Of a DNA stretch of 64,000 nucleotides, positions 46,201-55,336 are shown piece after piece; positions within the stretch are counted from its first letter, which is position 1; the number at the start of each line of letters is the position of its first letter. Both the position numbers and the translations under genes were made by a program. The DNA is from Poseidonia sp. Its GTDB lineage: Archaea > Thermoplasmatota > Poseidoniia > Poseidoniales > Poseidoniaceae. The stretch covers positions 436,852 to 500,851 of the forward strand of contig CBFIDD010000001.1 of NCBI GenBank assembly GCA_965661285.1, read 5' to 3'. The notes beneath the pieces are model-generated. The model searched no databases. It was not told the DNA's origin and saw nothing but the letters and a program-made list of their open reading frames with translations.

Positions 46201-49200
46201 AGACCGTTTGTTCTGGTAGCCATCGCGTGTAGCTGGGGGCGTCCACCTGTTCCACCATCACGGGTACAGCGGAGGCTCCAACGGCCACGCGTAGACCCCC
46301 TCGCTGCGTCATGATGTGAAGGGGCACATCCAATACGGCTCGCATATCACCGTCATACGAGGCCTGCTTGGCCGAATTGAGGGAAGTGGCGGAGAGGTCC
46401 ACTTCGACGGTGGTATCGGGAAGAAGGTGCATCAGGTTCAGAACTTTGACATCGGCAACGCCCACAACGGTGATGTCAAGAGCGCAGGTCAACAACGAAC
46501 GGTTGGTCGAGAAAGCCGCAACCGAGGTGACCGAAGCACACGGTGAGGAACCTTGGTGTTGGATCATTCCGCCATGGCCGATGGTTTGTACGACCCCGCC
46601 GATGCGCACCTCCGCACCCTCGCTGGCATTGCTCACCATGAGGGAAAAGGCCGGGCCTTCCCCGGGTGGGAGGTTGGAGGGCAGACGACTGAGCGTTCGG
46701 TACGCCAGCTGCAAACTCGAGTTTTCCATCGGGATTGAGGGCGATGATTCGTTATGGGCCCAGAGAATATCCGTCCCGTTGTGAACGGCTTCGGTCCATC
46801 GGGTGTTGAGGCCAAGATGGTCGTCCATCCCGATTGGCGGCCACGTCATGACGGAGACGTTGTTCCACCCCAACGCCATGGAGGGCGCTTGTGGCGGGAT
46901 GACACAATCCAATTCCGCCTTGGCACGAACAAACGCTTCTCCACCCGTGGCCGTGAGGGTAAACGCAGGCATCAACGCCATCGTACCTCCAAGTGAATGG
47001 TTCAGGAAGGTGGTTTTTATCGGCGAGGGGGAATGCGACGAGGCCACCACCTGGCCGTTTGGTGTCGTCCATGTGAGGTTATCACCCACCGTCGTGAGTC
47101 GGTAGCCATCGTGGGGGCAAGCCACAAAGCGGGGCAGCGGGAGCGAGAAGGGGGCTGCAACCTGAAGCGTTCCATTCTCATCCATGCTCGAGGTGGCGGC
47201 GCCCGTGGGCCTGTCAAGGACATGCTGCGGACCAATGTAGGTGGTTCGTCCGACGCTAAGGCTGTGGACCAAGGGCGTCACAAAGGTGTCGTTGGTGCTC
47301 ATACGGACCCGGACATGCACCGTTGGATGCTCGTTTGGGTCGAGCGCCAATTGAGCCGGAAGCTGCAGATGCTCATGCTGCGGGATGGGGTTGTGCTGGG
47401 CATCGAGAATGTCAAACAGCAAGGTGGTCCCATCAGGGCGTTCGTACCAGCCATCAAGCCAGCCGTATCCAAAAATCGGGTCGGGGGAAATCGGCTTGGA
47501 AATCCAGCTCCCGGCCGGTTCAAACACGTCCACTTCAATGCCGGCGTCGTCGATGTACCAACCATCGCCTTCGATGTACGTGTCTGAAAAGAATGAGAAG
47601 CGCGCTTTGAGCGACTGCCCGGAAAGATTGGACAAATCGTAGGTCTTCAATTCAAAATCCCGTGGATTGGAGGCGCCGCAACCACCGGCAACGCTTGAAC
47701 CATCGATGATGCCTTGGCTGAAAAGTGGTGAATTGGTGTTTACGGTGGAAATTTGGTCGTGGAAGCCGTTGAGTTGAGGAGGAAGCCACCACCACTGTTG
47801 ACCGCCATCGGTTGAGATGGAAACGCCGCCACCGTCCCAATTGGCTTCGGTGCATACCCACGAACGGAAGGAAAGGCGTGCTGAGGCATTGGTCGGAATG
47901 CTGTATTCTTGCGTGGTCAGATGCGTGTAGATGTTGTTGGTGTATTTCGTGGTCAAATTCACGGCGGCGCCGTTTTGTCCAGAATAAAAGACACCGGGGC
48001 CGTAGCCGGATGTGTCGCGGGTTTGACCGATTTCCCAACCGTCAGGCCACGTGCCTTCAATGACCCAACCCGGAGGGGTTGTCATCGAGGATTCAAAGGA
48101 CTCAACACGCGATTCTGGAGGGTTGACGCCAAACGAGCTGGTCCAGTTCCATTCGTTGATTCGATTTGATGAGCCGTCCAACCAACCCCGCTGGTCGCCC
48201 ACCTCTCCGGTGGTGAGAGAGGAAAAATTCGACACTTGGAGGCGTTCCTCCTGGGCGGTCCCCGGCCGGTGGACGACCTGCACGTTGTCGATGGCGACGC
48301 CTTCCCAACTCGACGAAGCAAAACCCCCGTAGCCGGTTTGCTGGTTGGTCATGACTTGAAACATGAAGAGGATGCTTGATGCGTTTGGGTGTGAAGAAAC
48401 AGCACTGGGGAGATTGTAGGAGATGGGGCGCCAGCCCAGAGATTCATCCGTGTAGTAGGTTCCTTGAATGGATAGCCCGTTTCCGGGAAGACCTGGGATT
48501 CCTGAAACCGGTGCCCATGTCGTCCCGTTGTTGACGCTGATGTAAACCATGAGATTGTCTGAATACGACCCCTCAATGTCCCAGTTGGCCCAGAATTCAA
48601 TCTCCATTGGCCCAGTGAATGATGAGAGATTGGCGGGGAGCAAAAGACGACCGTCGGCATTGTCCGCATAATCGCCGCTCATGTTTCCGTGGAACCACGC
48701 ACCGGGAAGATCCCCGAGGTTGGTCAGGGTGAAATTATCCAAAAACCAGCCTGCTCGGTCGCCAGCCGTGGTTGATGTTTGGAAACAAAATCGGATTTCA
48801 AGCGTGGTGGCCGCCGAAGGAATGACCCCGTCGAGATTGAAATGGGCGTGCTCCCATGCGCTTGACTGGCCCGACCAAACCGCACCCGGCGTTCCACTGA
48901 GCGTCGAGGTGTTGGTGTAGGAAGGACGGGGTGTCAACACCTGCCACGCACCGCCCGTCGTACGGGCTTCCACCCATGCTGCATCGTCGTCCTTGAATGA
49001 AAGCCAATGGTCGAAGGTCAAGTTGTACTGATTGACAAAAGCCGGTACCAATTCCTCAGGCGAGGCCAGGCAACCGCTCATGTTGGCCGACAACCCTCCC
49101 AAGGCTTGGGTGGCCAGCACGCGCTGACCGTCCGTCGCCGTCGAGGGTTGGTGTTGAACAGCCGTACCGTTCAGAGGTAGGACATTCCACGCGTTGTGAT

Positions 49201-49648
49201 GAGGACCTTCGCCTTCCCAATCCGGAAGGGTTTCGATGAGGGTTTCAAAGTCGGTCAGACTGGCCAAGGTGCTCTCGGTTGCCAAACTCAACTGACCGCC
49301 GTGTCCGATATCTTGGGTGTCATCATGGGTGCCACTCCAACCGGTATTGGCGTCAATACCGAAGCGGGTCGCTGTGTCGGGGGCTTCCGCCCACATCGGG
49401 GTGACGGACAGGGAACCGCCCGAAAACGTGTGATTGTACGGGACGCTCAGGATGCCTGTGCTTGTCAAATTGAGACCCAATTCGTTCGGTTGGGGCGTGT
49501 AGTATGTGGCTCGTGCAGGGCTGTCCTGTGCGGACGGCTCGGCTGCGGGAACCATCGAAGACAGCGAGACCAACACGATCAGGAGGCATAAGCCAACGGC
49601 AACGGCGGGCTTTTGCGCCGAAACACCGGGACCTGGACAAGCCGTCAT
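43295..49648 (-). CDS. Giant (about 2100 aa) membrane-anchored surface protein with jelly-roll/MAM-like modules, Ig-like domains and a CARDB-like domain
   Basis: N-terminal signal; repeated S.NGG..W and GW(F/Y)(L/I)D motifs; PFRPTVGENVSIYARIANDG; C-terminal TM plus basic tail. Confidence 0.8.
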   Translation of the reverse strand: MTACPGPGVSAQKPAVAVGLCLLIVLVSLSSMVPAAEPSAQDSPARATYYTPQPNELGLNLTSTGILSVPYNHTFSGGSLSVTPMWAEAPDTATRFGIDANTGWSGTHDDTQDIGHGGQLSLATESTLASLTDFETLIETLPDWEGEGPHHNAWNVLPLNGTAVQHQPSTATDGQRVLATQALGGLSANMSGCLASPEELVPAFVNQYNLTFDHWLSFKDDDAAWVEARTTGGAWQVLTPRPSYTNTSTLSGTPGAVWSGQSSAWEHAHFNLDGVIPSAATTLEIRFCFQTSTTAGDRAGWFLDNFTLTNLGDLPGAWFHGNMSGDYADNADGRLLLPANLSSFTGPMEIEFWANWDIEGSYSDNLMVYISVNNGTTWAPVSGIPGLPGNGLSIQGTYYTDESLGWRPISYNLPSAVSSHPNASSILFMFQVMTNQQTGYGGFASSSWEGVAIDNVQVVHRPGTAQEERLQVSNFSSLTTGEVGDQRGWLDGSSNRINEWNWTSSFGVNPPESRVESFESSMTTPPGWVIEGTWPDGWEIGQTRDTSGYGPGVFYSGQNGAAVNLTTKYTNNIYTHLTTQEYSIPTNASARLSFRSWVCTEANWDGGGVSISTDGGQQWWWLPPQLNGFHDQISTVNTNSPLFSQGIIDGSSVAGGCGASNPRDFELKTYDLSNLSGQSLKARFSFFSDTYIEGDGWYIDDAGIEVDVFEPAGSWISKPISPDPIFGYGWLDGWYERPDGTTLLFDILDAQHNPIPQHEHLQLPAQLALDPNEHPTVHVRVRMSTNDTFVTPLVHSLSVGRTTYIGPQHVLDRPTGAATSSMDENGTLQVAAPFSLPLPRFVACPHDGYRLTTVGDNLTWTTPNGQVVASSHSPSPIKTTFLNHSLGGTMALMPAFTLTATGGEAFVRAKAELDCVIPPQAPSMALGWNNVSVMTWPPIGMDDHLGLNTRWTEAVHNGTDILWAHNESSPSIPMENSSLQLAYRTLSRLPSNLPPGEGPAFSLMVSNASEGAEVRIGGVVQTIGHGGMIQHQGSSPCASVTSVAAFSTNRSLLTCALDITVVGVADVKVLNLMHLLPDTTVEVDLSATSLNSAKQASYDGDMRAVLDVPLHIMTQRGGLRVAVGASAVPVMVEQVDAPSYTRWLPEQTVSFTTHHTRLNPLDASENAPDITKVAFHLSPSGDLNDAVVHVELDRIQDAPRFRQLDGVGLAHLDAAASSVSCTLNTCSVQWVLTSTWLLNDMDDLHVLTTAQDENGLETGPEVFVRKTAFNEVENDLEVVDFTVSDTDQRRIDDWTNSFWPYHLNENQTLHAEGRVRMEGIANQWVDAGEAEVTVTLRAVPSKNLSGGPDEWLNEPVNWSRAWSAEVTSGGWFSVSLSTPSQSEGLPSNTFFELRPSLTRRGPVDAVTTSEDRTVVLTPTRFLHDTVPPEVDSLHVLDSGQEVVADGHVSMYGKDIALRLQLSDPEGLSSQLEVWTWLERRDDANGNGIMEESEYTMQTVSLNRGVAQLEVDLPLLSSQSVVPDNSPVGRVSVVLKGEDLAGNPLTGGGSFGESDDLATISVQRRSDTTVDVESLRLDRINNRLLAGHEHTFSFALGDANGISSLESLRLALLGETNESACFIHYEPRFGGVEFDELCFIEAPTVQVVKRPLVTTYDVTVSFRLDWNASTTIAAEGGTPSLKVFDEGQDLGLGLYQLGGLSWTPGTEVGVEWLNITDMQAPFGDNNGSTYWFHRNEAVHHRIGVFHNGTDVLARDLPATGSFVWTLSDGERSEIGHFNMTESGAVEFNVSMNENVMYNDTGTLTVEAQGYDERAFGPLHYNVVVDDAAPKLVLEPGMLENLPSNELEAVEVSLSISDDTDMPPTALKMHAVFYRLGQPVAGTEKAFFLPLREVVNEFTVYNGTVNFLPNDVALTRSDVLIVWFEASDRSGRTLTGYGTERAPLNVGLTWYAFEPVLTDLSATPFRPTVGENVSIYARIANDGLLPGEMNVLLRDDEGRIMANETRSLASGEWVNFVWNIEAWKVGRLGLNLEIVNHTPQVPVPMADIKAGEGDDANSSMATLSLSALSLLVAGMVLFVVRQQRAQRAESYHLERIRRIVSHRRPPPKPVDLADIPQEE

Positions 49649-49775
49649 GGGAGAAACACCTCGCTGTGTGAGGTGGGGTTTTGTGATATGAAAGGGTGTT
49701 ATGATTGCGTCATTCAAAGAGAACCGATTGTTTGCATGAAGAGGATTCAAATCCCGTCACCCTCACGTCGTCAAC

Positions 49776-50792
49776 ATGACCGCTGTTCGCAATCTCGACA
49801 GCGCCCAAGCGCAAGAGATTGAGGAACAGTTGTTCACCACGCATCGGCAGCAACTGCCTCGCCACGTTCCCATCCCGCTGCCTCGCCAAGATTTCTGGGA
49901 GATGGTGAGGGCCCTGCTCTCGACCCTTGATGTTGACATCCAAGACATGGTCCGAAAAGGTTCGACGGACATGCGTTTACAGAACCTGCAAAAGCGGCAG
50001 ACCAACATTCGACGCATCGCCTCGGAGTTGGCACGCAAACGCATGGTCGCCATGATGCAGCACGTCGCCAGCCAAGCGCTGCGAAGCGGCGTCAACCCAA
50101 GTATCGCACAAGAACTCCCCTCCTTGGATTGGCAGCGTCACGACCCTGCCGAGAAAGCCTTCTATCACGCCTTGCAACTCAATGTTGACCGTTTCAAGAA
50201 AGAAATCGACTGGCAGGGAATGCAGCAAGGCCTCCTTGGAGAATTGCGAGCACCGCCCAGACCGCACGCTCCGGGCACCATGCAGTTGGACGCTTTTGTT
50301 GACGACGGCCAAATCACCTCTCGGCCACCGCCCGATTTGGCGTTTGAAGACAACATGGAGCCACTTCCCCCACCCGAAGACGATGCCGAAGAACGATGGA
50401 TGGACGATGCATCGTGGGCCGATGAAGAAGCCTACCTCATGGCGGACATGATGGACGGCGGAACGACACCCCCGTCGGTGGAACCGGCACCACAAAAAGG
50501 TGAGAAGCACGGTGCAGCGATGGAATTGGCACCCTCAAAAGAACCGATGCACATCATTGAGGATGCGCCGCCTGCACCGCAGGACGACCTTGCGCCAACC
50601 GCCACAATCGAGGAAGACCCAAGTGTGAACGAAGAAAATGTTCGAGTACGGATTTTGGAGACGATGCCCGAGCCGATCATGGACGCATCGGGCGAGGCGC
50701 TGTCCCTGGAGGCCGGTGATGTTCACTTCCTCGACGAGGGCACCGCTGCGTGGTTGGTGGACGCAGGCGTAGCTGAGCGGGCCGAGGTGTGA
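49776..50792 (+). CDS. GINS complex subunit (Gins51-like) with a long acidic linker
   Basis: Helical A-domain, then C-terminal B-domain VRVRILETMP..IMDASG..LSLEAGDVHFLD...AAWLVDAGVAE. Confidence 0.7.
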   Translation: MTAVRNLDSAQAQEIEEQLFTTHRQQLPRHVPIPLPRQDFWEMVRALLSTLDVDIQDMVRKGSTDMRLQNLQKRQTNIRRIASELARKRMVAMMQHVASQALRSGVNPSIAQELPSLDWQRHDPAEKAFYHALQLNVDRFKKEIDWQGMQQGLLGELRAPPRPHAPGTMQLDAFVDDGQITSRPPPDLAFEDNMEPLPPPEDDAEERWMDDASWADEEAYLMADMMDGGTTPPSVEPAPQKGEKHGAAMELAPSKEPMHIIEDAPPAPQDDLAPTATIEEDPSVNEENVRVRILETMPEPIMDASGEALSLEAGDVHFLDEGTAAWLVDAGVAERAEV

Positions 50793-50860
50793 ACCACAGG
50801 TTCCAGTCGCACAAAAGCAGAGCTCGCACTCGAAGCGACGGGTTCAACAGAGCGTTGCGC

Positions 50861-51190
50861 TCAGTTGATGTTTCTCATCGAGATCTCAATGCTGACGGTG
50901 TCAGGGATGGGAATCTTGGTGACCGATCGAAGCGCTCCTTGGTCCTTCGCCGTGGAGATGTCCATCTCAAGCAAACGCTTGTGGATGCGCATTTCCCAGT
51001 GATCGTAGGTTTCGCTTCCTTCGCCATCGGGTGCCTTGCGGACAGGGACGACGAGACGACGGGTCGGGAGAGGAATCGGTCCTCGGAGGTTGATACCACC
51101 GCTGTCGCAGATGGTTTTGATTTGGCTGGCAACGTCATCGATGTCCTTGTGGTTTTCACCGGTCAACTTGATGACAGTTACAGCAACCAT
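50861..51190 (-). CDS. rps10: 30S ribosomal protein S10
   Basis: GPIPLPTRRL, RKAPDGEGSETYDHWEMRIHKRL. Confidence 0.96.
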   Translation of the reverse strand: MVAVTVIKLTGENHKDIDDVASQIKTICDSGGINLRGPIPLPTRRLVVPVRKAPDGEGSETYDHWEMRIHKRLLEMDISTAKDQGALRSVTKIPIPDTVSIEISMRNIN

Positions 51191-51228
51191 TCAATTCACT
51201 CCTCGCACCAATCTTCCAGTGAGCGAAC

Positions 51229-52518
51229 TCACTTCTTCTCGATCTTCAAGCAGACACCAGCAGCCACGGTCTTGCCCATGTCGCGGATGGCGAAGCGGGA
51301 AAGTTCTGGGAAGGTGTCCATTTGCTCGATAGCCAACGGCTTGGTTGGCTGGAAGCGGATGAGACAGGCGTCGCCGGTCTTCAGGAAGGAAGGGTTGGCT
51401 TCCTTGCCGGACTTGTTGGTCTTCTCCAGGAGTTCCATGAACTTCACAGCGACTTGAGCGGTGTGAGCGTGGAACACGGGGGTGTAGCCAACGGAAACAG
51501 CCTTTGGAATGTCCATGAGTTGGATTTGTCCAACGAAGTGCTCGTCGTGTCGAACGAAGGTTGGTTCATTGTCGGAGTAGCCTGCGACGTCGCCACGGCG
51601 AATGTCGTCAGCAGCGAGACCACGAATGTTGAATCCGACGTTGTCGCCGGGTTCGGCCTTGTCGACCATGGTGTGGTGCATCTCGATGGACTTCACTTCA
51701 CCACTCTTCATGGAAGGGTTGAACACGACGTTCTTGCCGACGTTGAGGACACCGGTTTCGATTTTACCAACAGGCACGGTTCCGATACCGGAGATCTTGT
51801 AGACATCCTGAATTGGCAAGCGGAGAGGCTTGTCGGATGGCTTGTCTGGCATGGGGGTGGCGTTGATGGCCTCGAAGAGGGTGGGACCCTTGTACCATGG
51901 GCACTTGTCGGACCTGGTGAACACGTTGTCGCCGTTGAGGGACGAGGCAGGGATCATGGGGACGTCGTCAGGCTTGAAGCCGGCCATGCGGAGAAGTTGG
52001 GACACTTCCTTGCAGGCAGCGTTGTACTTCTCTTCGGTCCAGTCGACACCGGAGATGTCCATCTTGTTGACGTGGACGATGAGGCCCTTGACACCAAGAA
52101 CCTTGGCCAAGAACGCGTGTTCCTTGGTCTGGGCGTTGACACCGTCGTTGGCAGCGCAGAGCAAAACAGCGGTGTCAGCTTGGGATGCACCGGTGATCAT
52201 GTTCTTGACGAAGTCGCGGTGGCCTGGAGCATCGATGATGGTCCAGTAGTAGTCAGGGGTGAAGAACTCCTTGTGAGCGACGTCGATGGTGATACCACGC
52301 TCGCGCTCTTCCTTGAGTCCGTCCATCACGTACGCAAGTCCGAAACCGGCTTTACCGGATTCAGCAGCGAGTTTCTCGTTCTTCTCGATGACGTGCTCTT
52401 CGATGTGACCGGAGTCGAGGAGGAGACGTCCAACGGTGGTGGACTTTCCGTGGTCGACGTGACCGATAAACACGATGTTGCGGTGTGGCTTGCTTCTGTC
52501 TTCCCATTGTGATGGCAT
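51229..52518 (-). CDS. tuf: Translation elongation factor EF-1alpha
   Basis: GHVDHGKST, ERERGITID, DAPGHRDFVKNMITGASQAD, NKMD, RFAIRDMG. Confidence 0.98.
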   Translation of the reverse strand: MPSQWEDRSKPHRNIVFIGHVDHGKSTTVGRLLLDSGHIEEHVIEKNEKLAAESGKAGFGLAYVMDGLKEERERGITIDVAHKEFFTPDYYWTIIDAPGHRDFVKNMITGASQADTAVLLCAANDGVNAQTKEHAFLAKVLGVKGLIVHVNKMDISGVDWTEEKYNAACKEVSQLLRMAGFKPDDVPMIPASSLNGDNVFTRSDKCPWYKGPTLFEAINATPMPDKPSDKPLRLPIQDVYKISGIGTVPVGKIETGVLNVGKNVVFNPSMKSGEVKSIEMHHTMVDKAEPGDNVGFNIRGLAADDIRRGDVAGYSDNEPTFVRHDEHFVGQIQLMDIPKAVSVGYTPVFHAHTAQVAVKFMELLEKTNKSGKEANPSFLKTGDACLIRFQPTKPLAIEQMDTFPELSRFAIRDMGKTVAAGVCLKIEKK

Positions 52519-52556
52519 GGTAATCGCTCCTTAGCAGGCCATGCGACAAATATCCC

Positions 52557-52566
52557 CTATATCAAA
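52557..52566 (-). promoter_or_regulatory. Putative TATA-like element TTTGATATAG upstream of tuf
   Basis: Identical 10-mer at a similar distance upstream of rps8e (60613-60622). Confidence 0.55.
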
Positions 52567-52617
52567 AGCGCGACGCGCACATCGAGCGTTCTTGAGCGAG
52601 AAAACGCACCTTTGGGC

Positions 52618-54075
52618 TCATTCCGTGCCCAATATTTCACCGTCGTCACCAATCTTGTAGAGGCGAAGGGTGCTGGTAGCGCCGCGCATGGCGAGCGGGC
52701 TTCCCGAAATGGCGACGACCCGTTCGCCTGGCTTGATGCGACCCTGGACGACCAGCTGCTCCACCGCTTCTCGCATGGTTTCGGAACCGCGGTCGTGCTC
52801 CTTGGAGAGAATGGCATCGACACCGGGAAGGAGGCAGGTTCGGCGAAGGGCACGCAAACGGTCGCTGACCGCCGTGACGGGTATGTCGGGGCGATAACCG
52901 GAAACCAATCGAGGCGATGTCCCGTGTTGGGTGGCGACCACAATGCGAGAGGCGCCCGCTTCACGGGCGAGTTCCACGCCAGCATGAGCCACCGCACGGG
53001 TCGAGCGAAACCTCGCCAAAGCCGTCGGGCGAAGGTCGGAGGCGTCCAGGCCTTCTTCGGTAGCGTGAACGATGCGCGCCATCGTTTCCACGGTCTCAAG
53101 GGGGTATTTGCCCGATGCTGTTTCGCCCGAGAGCATGACCCCGGTGGCGCCGTGACGAATAGCGGTGGAAACATCGCTCACCTCGGCGCGGGTTGGGCGC
53201 GGTTGAAACGTCATGGAATCAAGCATCTGCGTGGCCACGATCACCGGCATGCCTCGCTCAAGCGCTTTGTCGATGATTTGCTGCTGTACCACCGGGACGT
53301 TTTCGAGCGGAATTTCAACGCCCAAATCGCCACGTGCCACCATCACGGCATCGGCGGTATCGAGGATGCTGTCCAAGTTTTCCAGCGCCACGGGATGTTC
53401 GATCTTCGCCAGAACGGGGACGTGCATGGAGGCGGCCCGCACGGCTTCCTTGGCGGGGAGAAGGTCTTCAGCCGTTCGGACATAACTCACGGCGATGTAG
53501 TCCGCACCGTTCTCAAGGGCGTGCTGGAGTGCCGCTTGGTCCTTCGGGCCGATGGCGGGAAGGTCAACCAGCGTACCGGGAACGTTCACACCTTTGCGGC
53601 TGCTGATCGGGCCACCGTCTTCGACACGGCAACGAACCTTCCCGTTGGCTTGTCCGGTCGTTGCCAGCACCGTGAGGCGAATCAGGCCGTCAGCCACGAG
53701 GATGGGGTCCCCAACCTTCAACTCTGCAGAAAGGCCACCGTATTCGACCGGAAAATCGGTGCCGCCGGTGGCCTGAAGTTCTGCAACTCCGCAGTGGAGA
53801 ACAATTTTCCGACCCTCTTCCAACATCTCAACTTCGGGAAAATTTCCGAGCCGGAGTTTCGGCCCGGGGAGGTCGGCGAGGATACATGTCGGTCGGCTGA
53901 GTTCGTCTTCGATGGACCGAACACGGTGGTAGAGTTCTGTTTTGTCCTCCGGCTCGCCGTGGGAGTAGTTGAACCGACAAACGTCCACACCCGCCTCGAG
54001 GAGGGCTTTCAGCGTGGGTCGGTCATCGCAGGCTGGACCGATGGTCGCCACGATGCTCGTCCGTCGCACGCCCAT
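52618..54075 (-). CDS. pyk: Pyruvate kinase
   Basis: IVATIGPA, RFNYSHG, DLPGPKLR, AKIE, MVARGDLG, TQMLDSM, MLSGETA. Confidence 0.96.
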   Translation of the reverse strand: MGVRRTSIVATIGPACDDRPTLKALLEAGVDVCRFNYSHGEPEDKTELYHRVRSIEDELSRPTCILADLPGPKLRLGNFPEVEMLEEGRKIVLHCGVAELQATGGTDFPVEYGGLSAELKVGDPILVADGLIRLTVLATTGQANGKVRCRVEDGGPISSRKGVNVPGTLVDLPAIGPKDQAALQHALENGADYIAVSYVRTAEDLLPAKEAVRAASMHVPVLAKIEHPVALENLDSILDTADAVMVARGDLGVEIPLENVPVVQQQIIDKALERGMPVIVATQMLDSMTFQPRPTRAEVSDVSTAIRHGATGVMLSGETASGKYPLETVETMARIVHATEEGLDASDLRPTALARFRSTRAVAHAGVELAREAGASRIVVATQHGTSPRLVSGYRPDIPVTAVSDRLRALRRTCLLPGVDAILSKEHDRGSETMREAVEQLVVQGRIKPGERVVAISGSPLAMRGATSTLRLYKIGDDGEILGTE

Positions 54076-54079
54076 CCCC

Positions 54080-55309
54080 TCACTTGTAGTAGAGACGGAT
54101 CACGAACTGGTCGATGTTGAAATCGTTGACCCGTTCGTTGCGGATTTTCATGGTCCATTCGCCGTCGCCGTAGGTGGACTCCGTGTCGGCGAACATGTAG
54201 CCTGAGAGTTTGAGATGGATACAGTCCTGCTCACTGTCGCAATCGCCGTCGTCTCGAGACTCGATGTCGGTGGAGGTGGTGTTCTGCGCTTCCTCGTCCT
54301 CTTCGTTGTAGGCGTAGATGTCCAGTTTTGCTCGGCAGTTGTTGGCGCCAGGCAGGGACGTGCAATCGCCGTCTTCTTTGGGATATTCAAGTTCAATCTG
54401 CGCCTTCACAATGGTGTTTCCTGCAACTTTGTCGTAGTGGATGAGCGAGTCAAAATCCAACTCTGCGGGGTTACCGCTGCTGTTGCCTCCAATTTCAAAA
54501 TCGCTCCAATAACCGGCATAGCTGACGTACACTCGGATGGTGGCGCTGTCCGTCATCTCAACGTTATTTGTGACCGTCAGCCCGATTTCGTATTCGCCAG
54601 GGGCGACGTTGCTCCAATCGACGGTGGCACCGACCAAGTCATCATCGTTTTCAGGGTCGCCGTCGTTGTCCTTATCTTCGGTTAAATCAAGGTCCCATGC
54701 ATACCCGTCTTCGGGGATGTATTGTGAGGTTGCATCGCCCGATTCCGAAGACGACGCATCGAGTTGAACCGTGGTGGTTTCGGTGATGGAACGGTCGGTG
54801 TTGGTCTTGTCTCGAGCACAGATCCACACGAGAATATGCCGTGTTTCGGTAATCTCCTCGTCCTCGCAGTCCTCATCGTCAGCATACTGGGTGATTTCGG
54901 CGGTCGGGGCTTCTGCACTTTCGGGCGACACCGTCAGGTCTCGAACTTGTTCGGAGGTGGTGGTTCCATCGGAAACCTCCAAGGTGATTTTGTAGGTCTT
55001 TGCTTCGTCAAAGGTCCATGTCGCTGTAAGCCCCGTCGCGTCAATGTCGATGGAACCTTCGGTATCGAAATTCCACCGATACGTCAAGGACCCGTCACCC
55101 GGCGTGGAGCTCGAAGCATCGAAACTGACGGTCGTGCCAACCTTGACGTTCTTGCTTGGAGAAAAACTGAACACGGCGAGAACCTCCTCACGGTCAGCCT
55201 CCGAGCCGTCTTCGAAGATGCAGCCCGCCAACGAAGAGCAGAGCATCAAGCCCGCCATGAGCACGGAACGCGTGTACCTTCCCATGAACCGACGTGGTGG
55301 CTCGTTCAT
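54080..55309 (-). CDS. PKD-domain lipoprotein
   Basis: Lipobox SLAGC; FDASSS..LTYRWNF and LDASSS..YAWD PKD motifs; acidic Ca-binding-like loops. Confidence 0.82.
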   Translation of the reverse strand: MNEPPRRFMGRYTRSVLMAGLMLCSSLAGCIFEDGSEADREEVLAVFSFSPSKNVKVGTTVSFDASSSTPGDGSLTYRWNFDTEGSIDIDATGLTATWTFDEAKTYKITLEVSDGTTTSEQVRDLTVSPESAEAPTAEITQYADDEDCEDEEITETRHILVWICARDKTNTDRSITETTTVQLDASSSESGDATSQYIPEDGYAWDLDLTEDKDNDGDPENDDDLVGATVDWSNVAPGEYEIGLTVTNNVEMTDSATIRVYVSYAGYWSDFEIGGNSSGNPAELDFDSLIHYDKVAGNTIVKAQIELEYPKEDGDCTSLPGANNCRAKLDIYAYNEEDEEAQNTTSTDIESRDDGDCDSEQDCIHLKLSGYMFADTESTYGDGEWTMKIRNERVNDFNIDQFVIRLYYK

Positions 55310-55336
55310 CAAAAGGGCTTCCTCAACTTGAGGTGT

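Noticed and set aside
51322-52512. Long antisense ORFs, e.g. opposite tuf, polB/PKD (54764-56836), pyk, uvrB and MMPL
   Set aside because: Shadow frames expected from GC-rich codon bias on the strand opposite well-supported genes; no recognisable motifs
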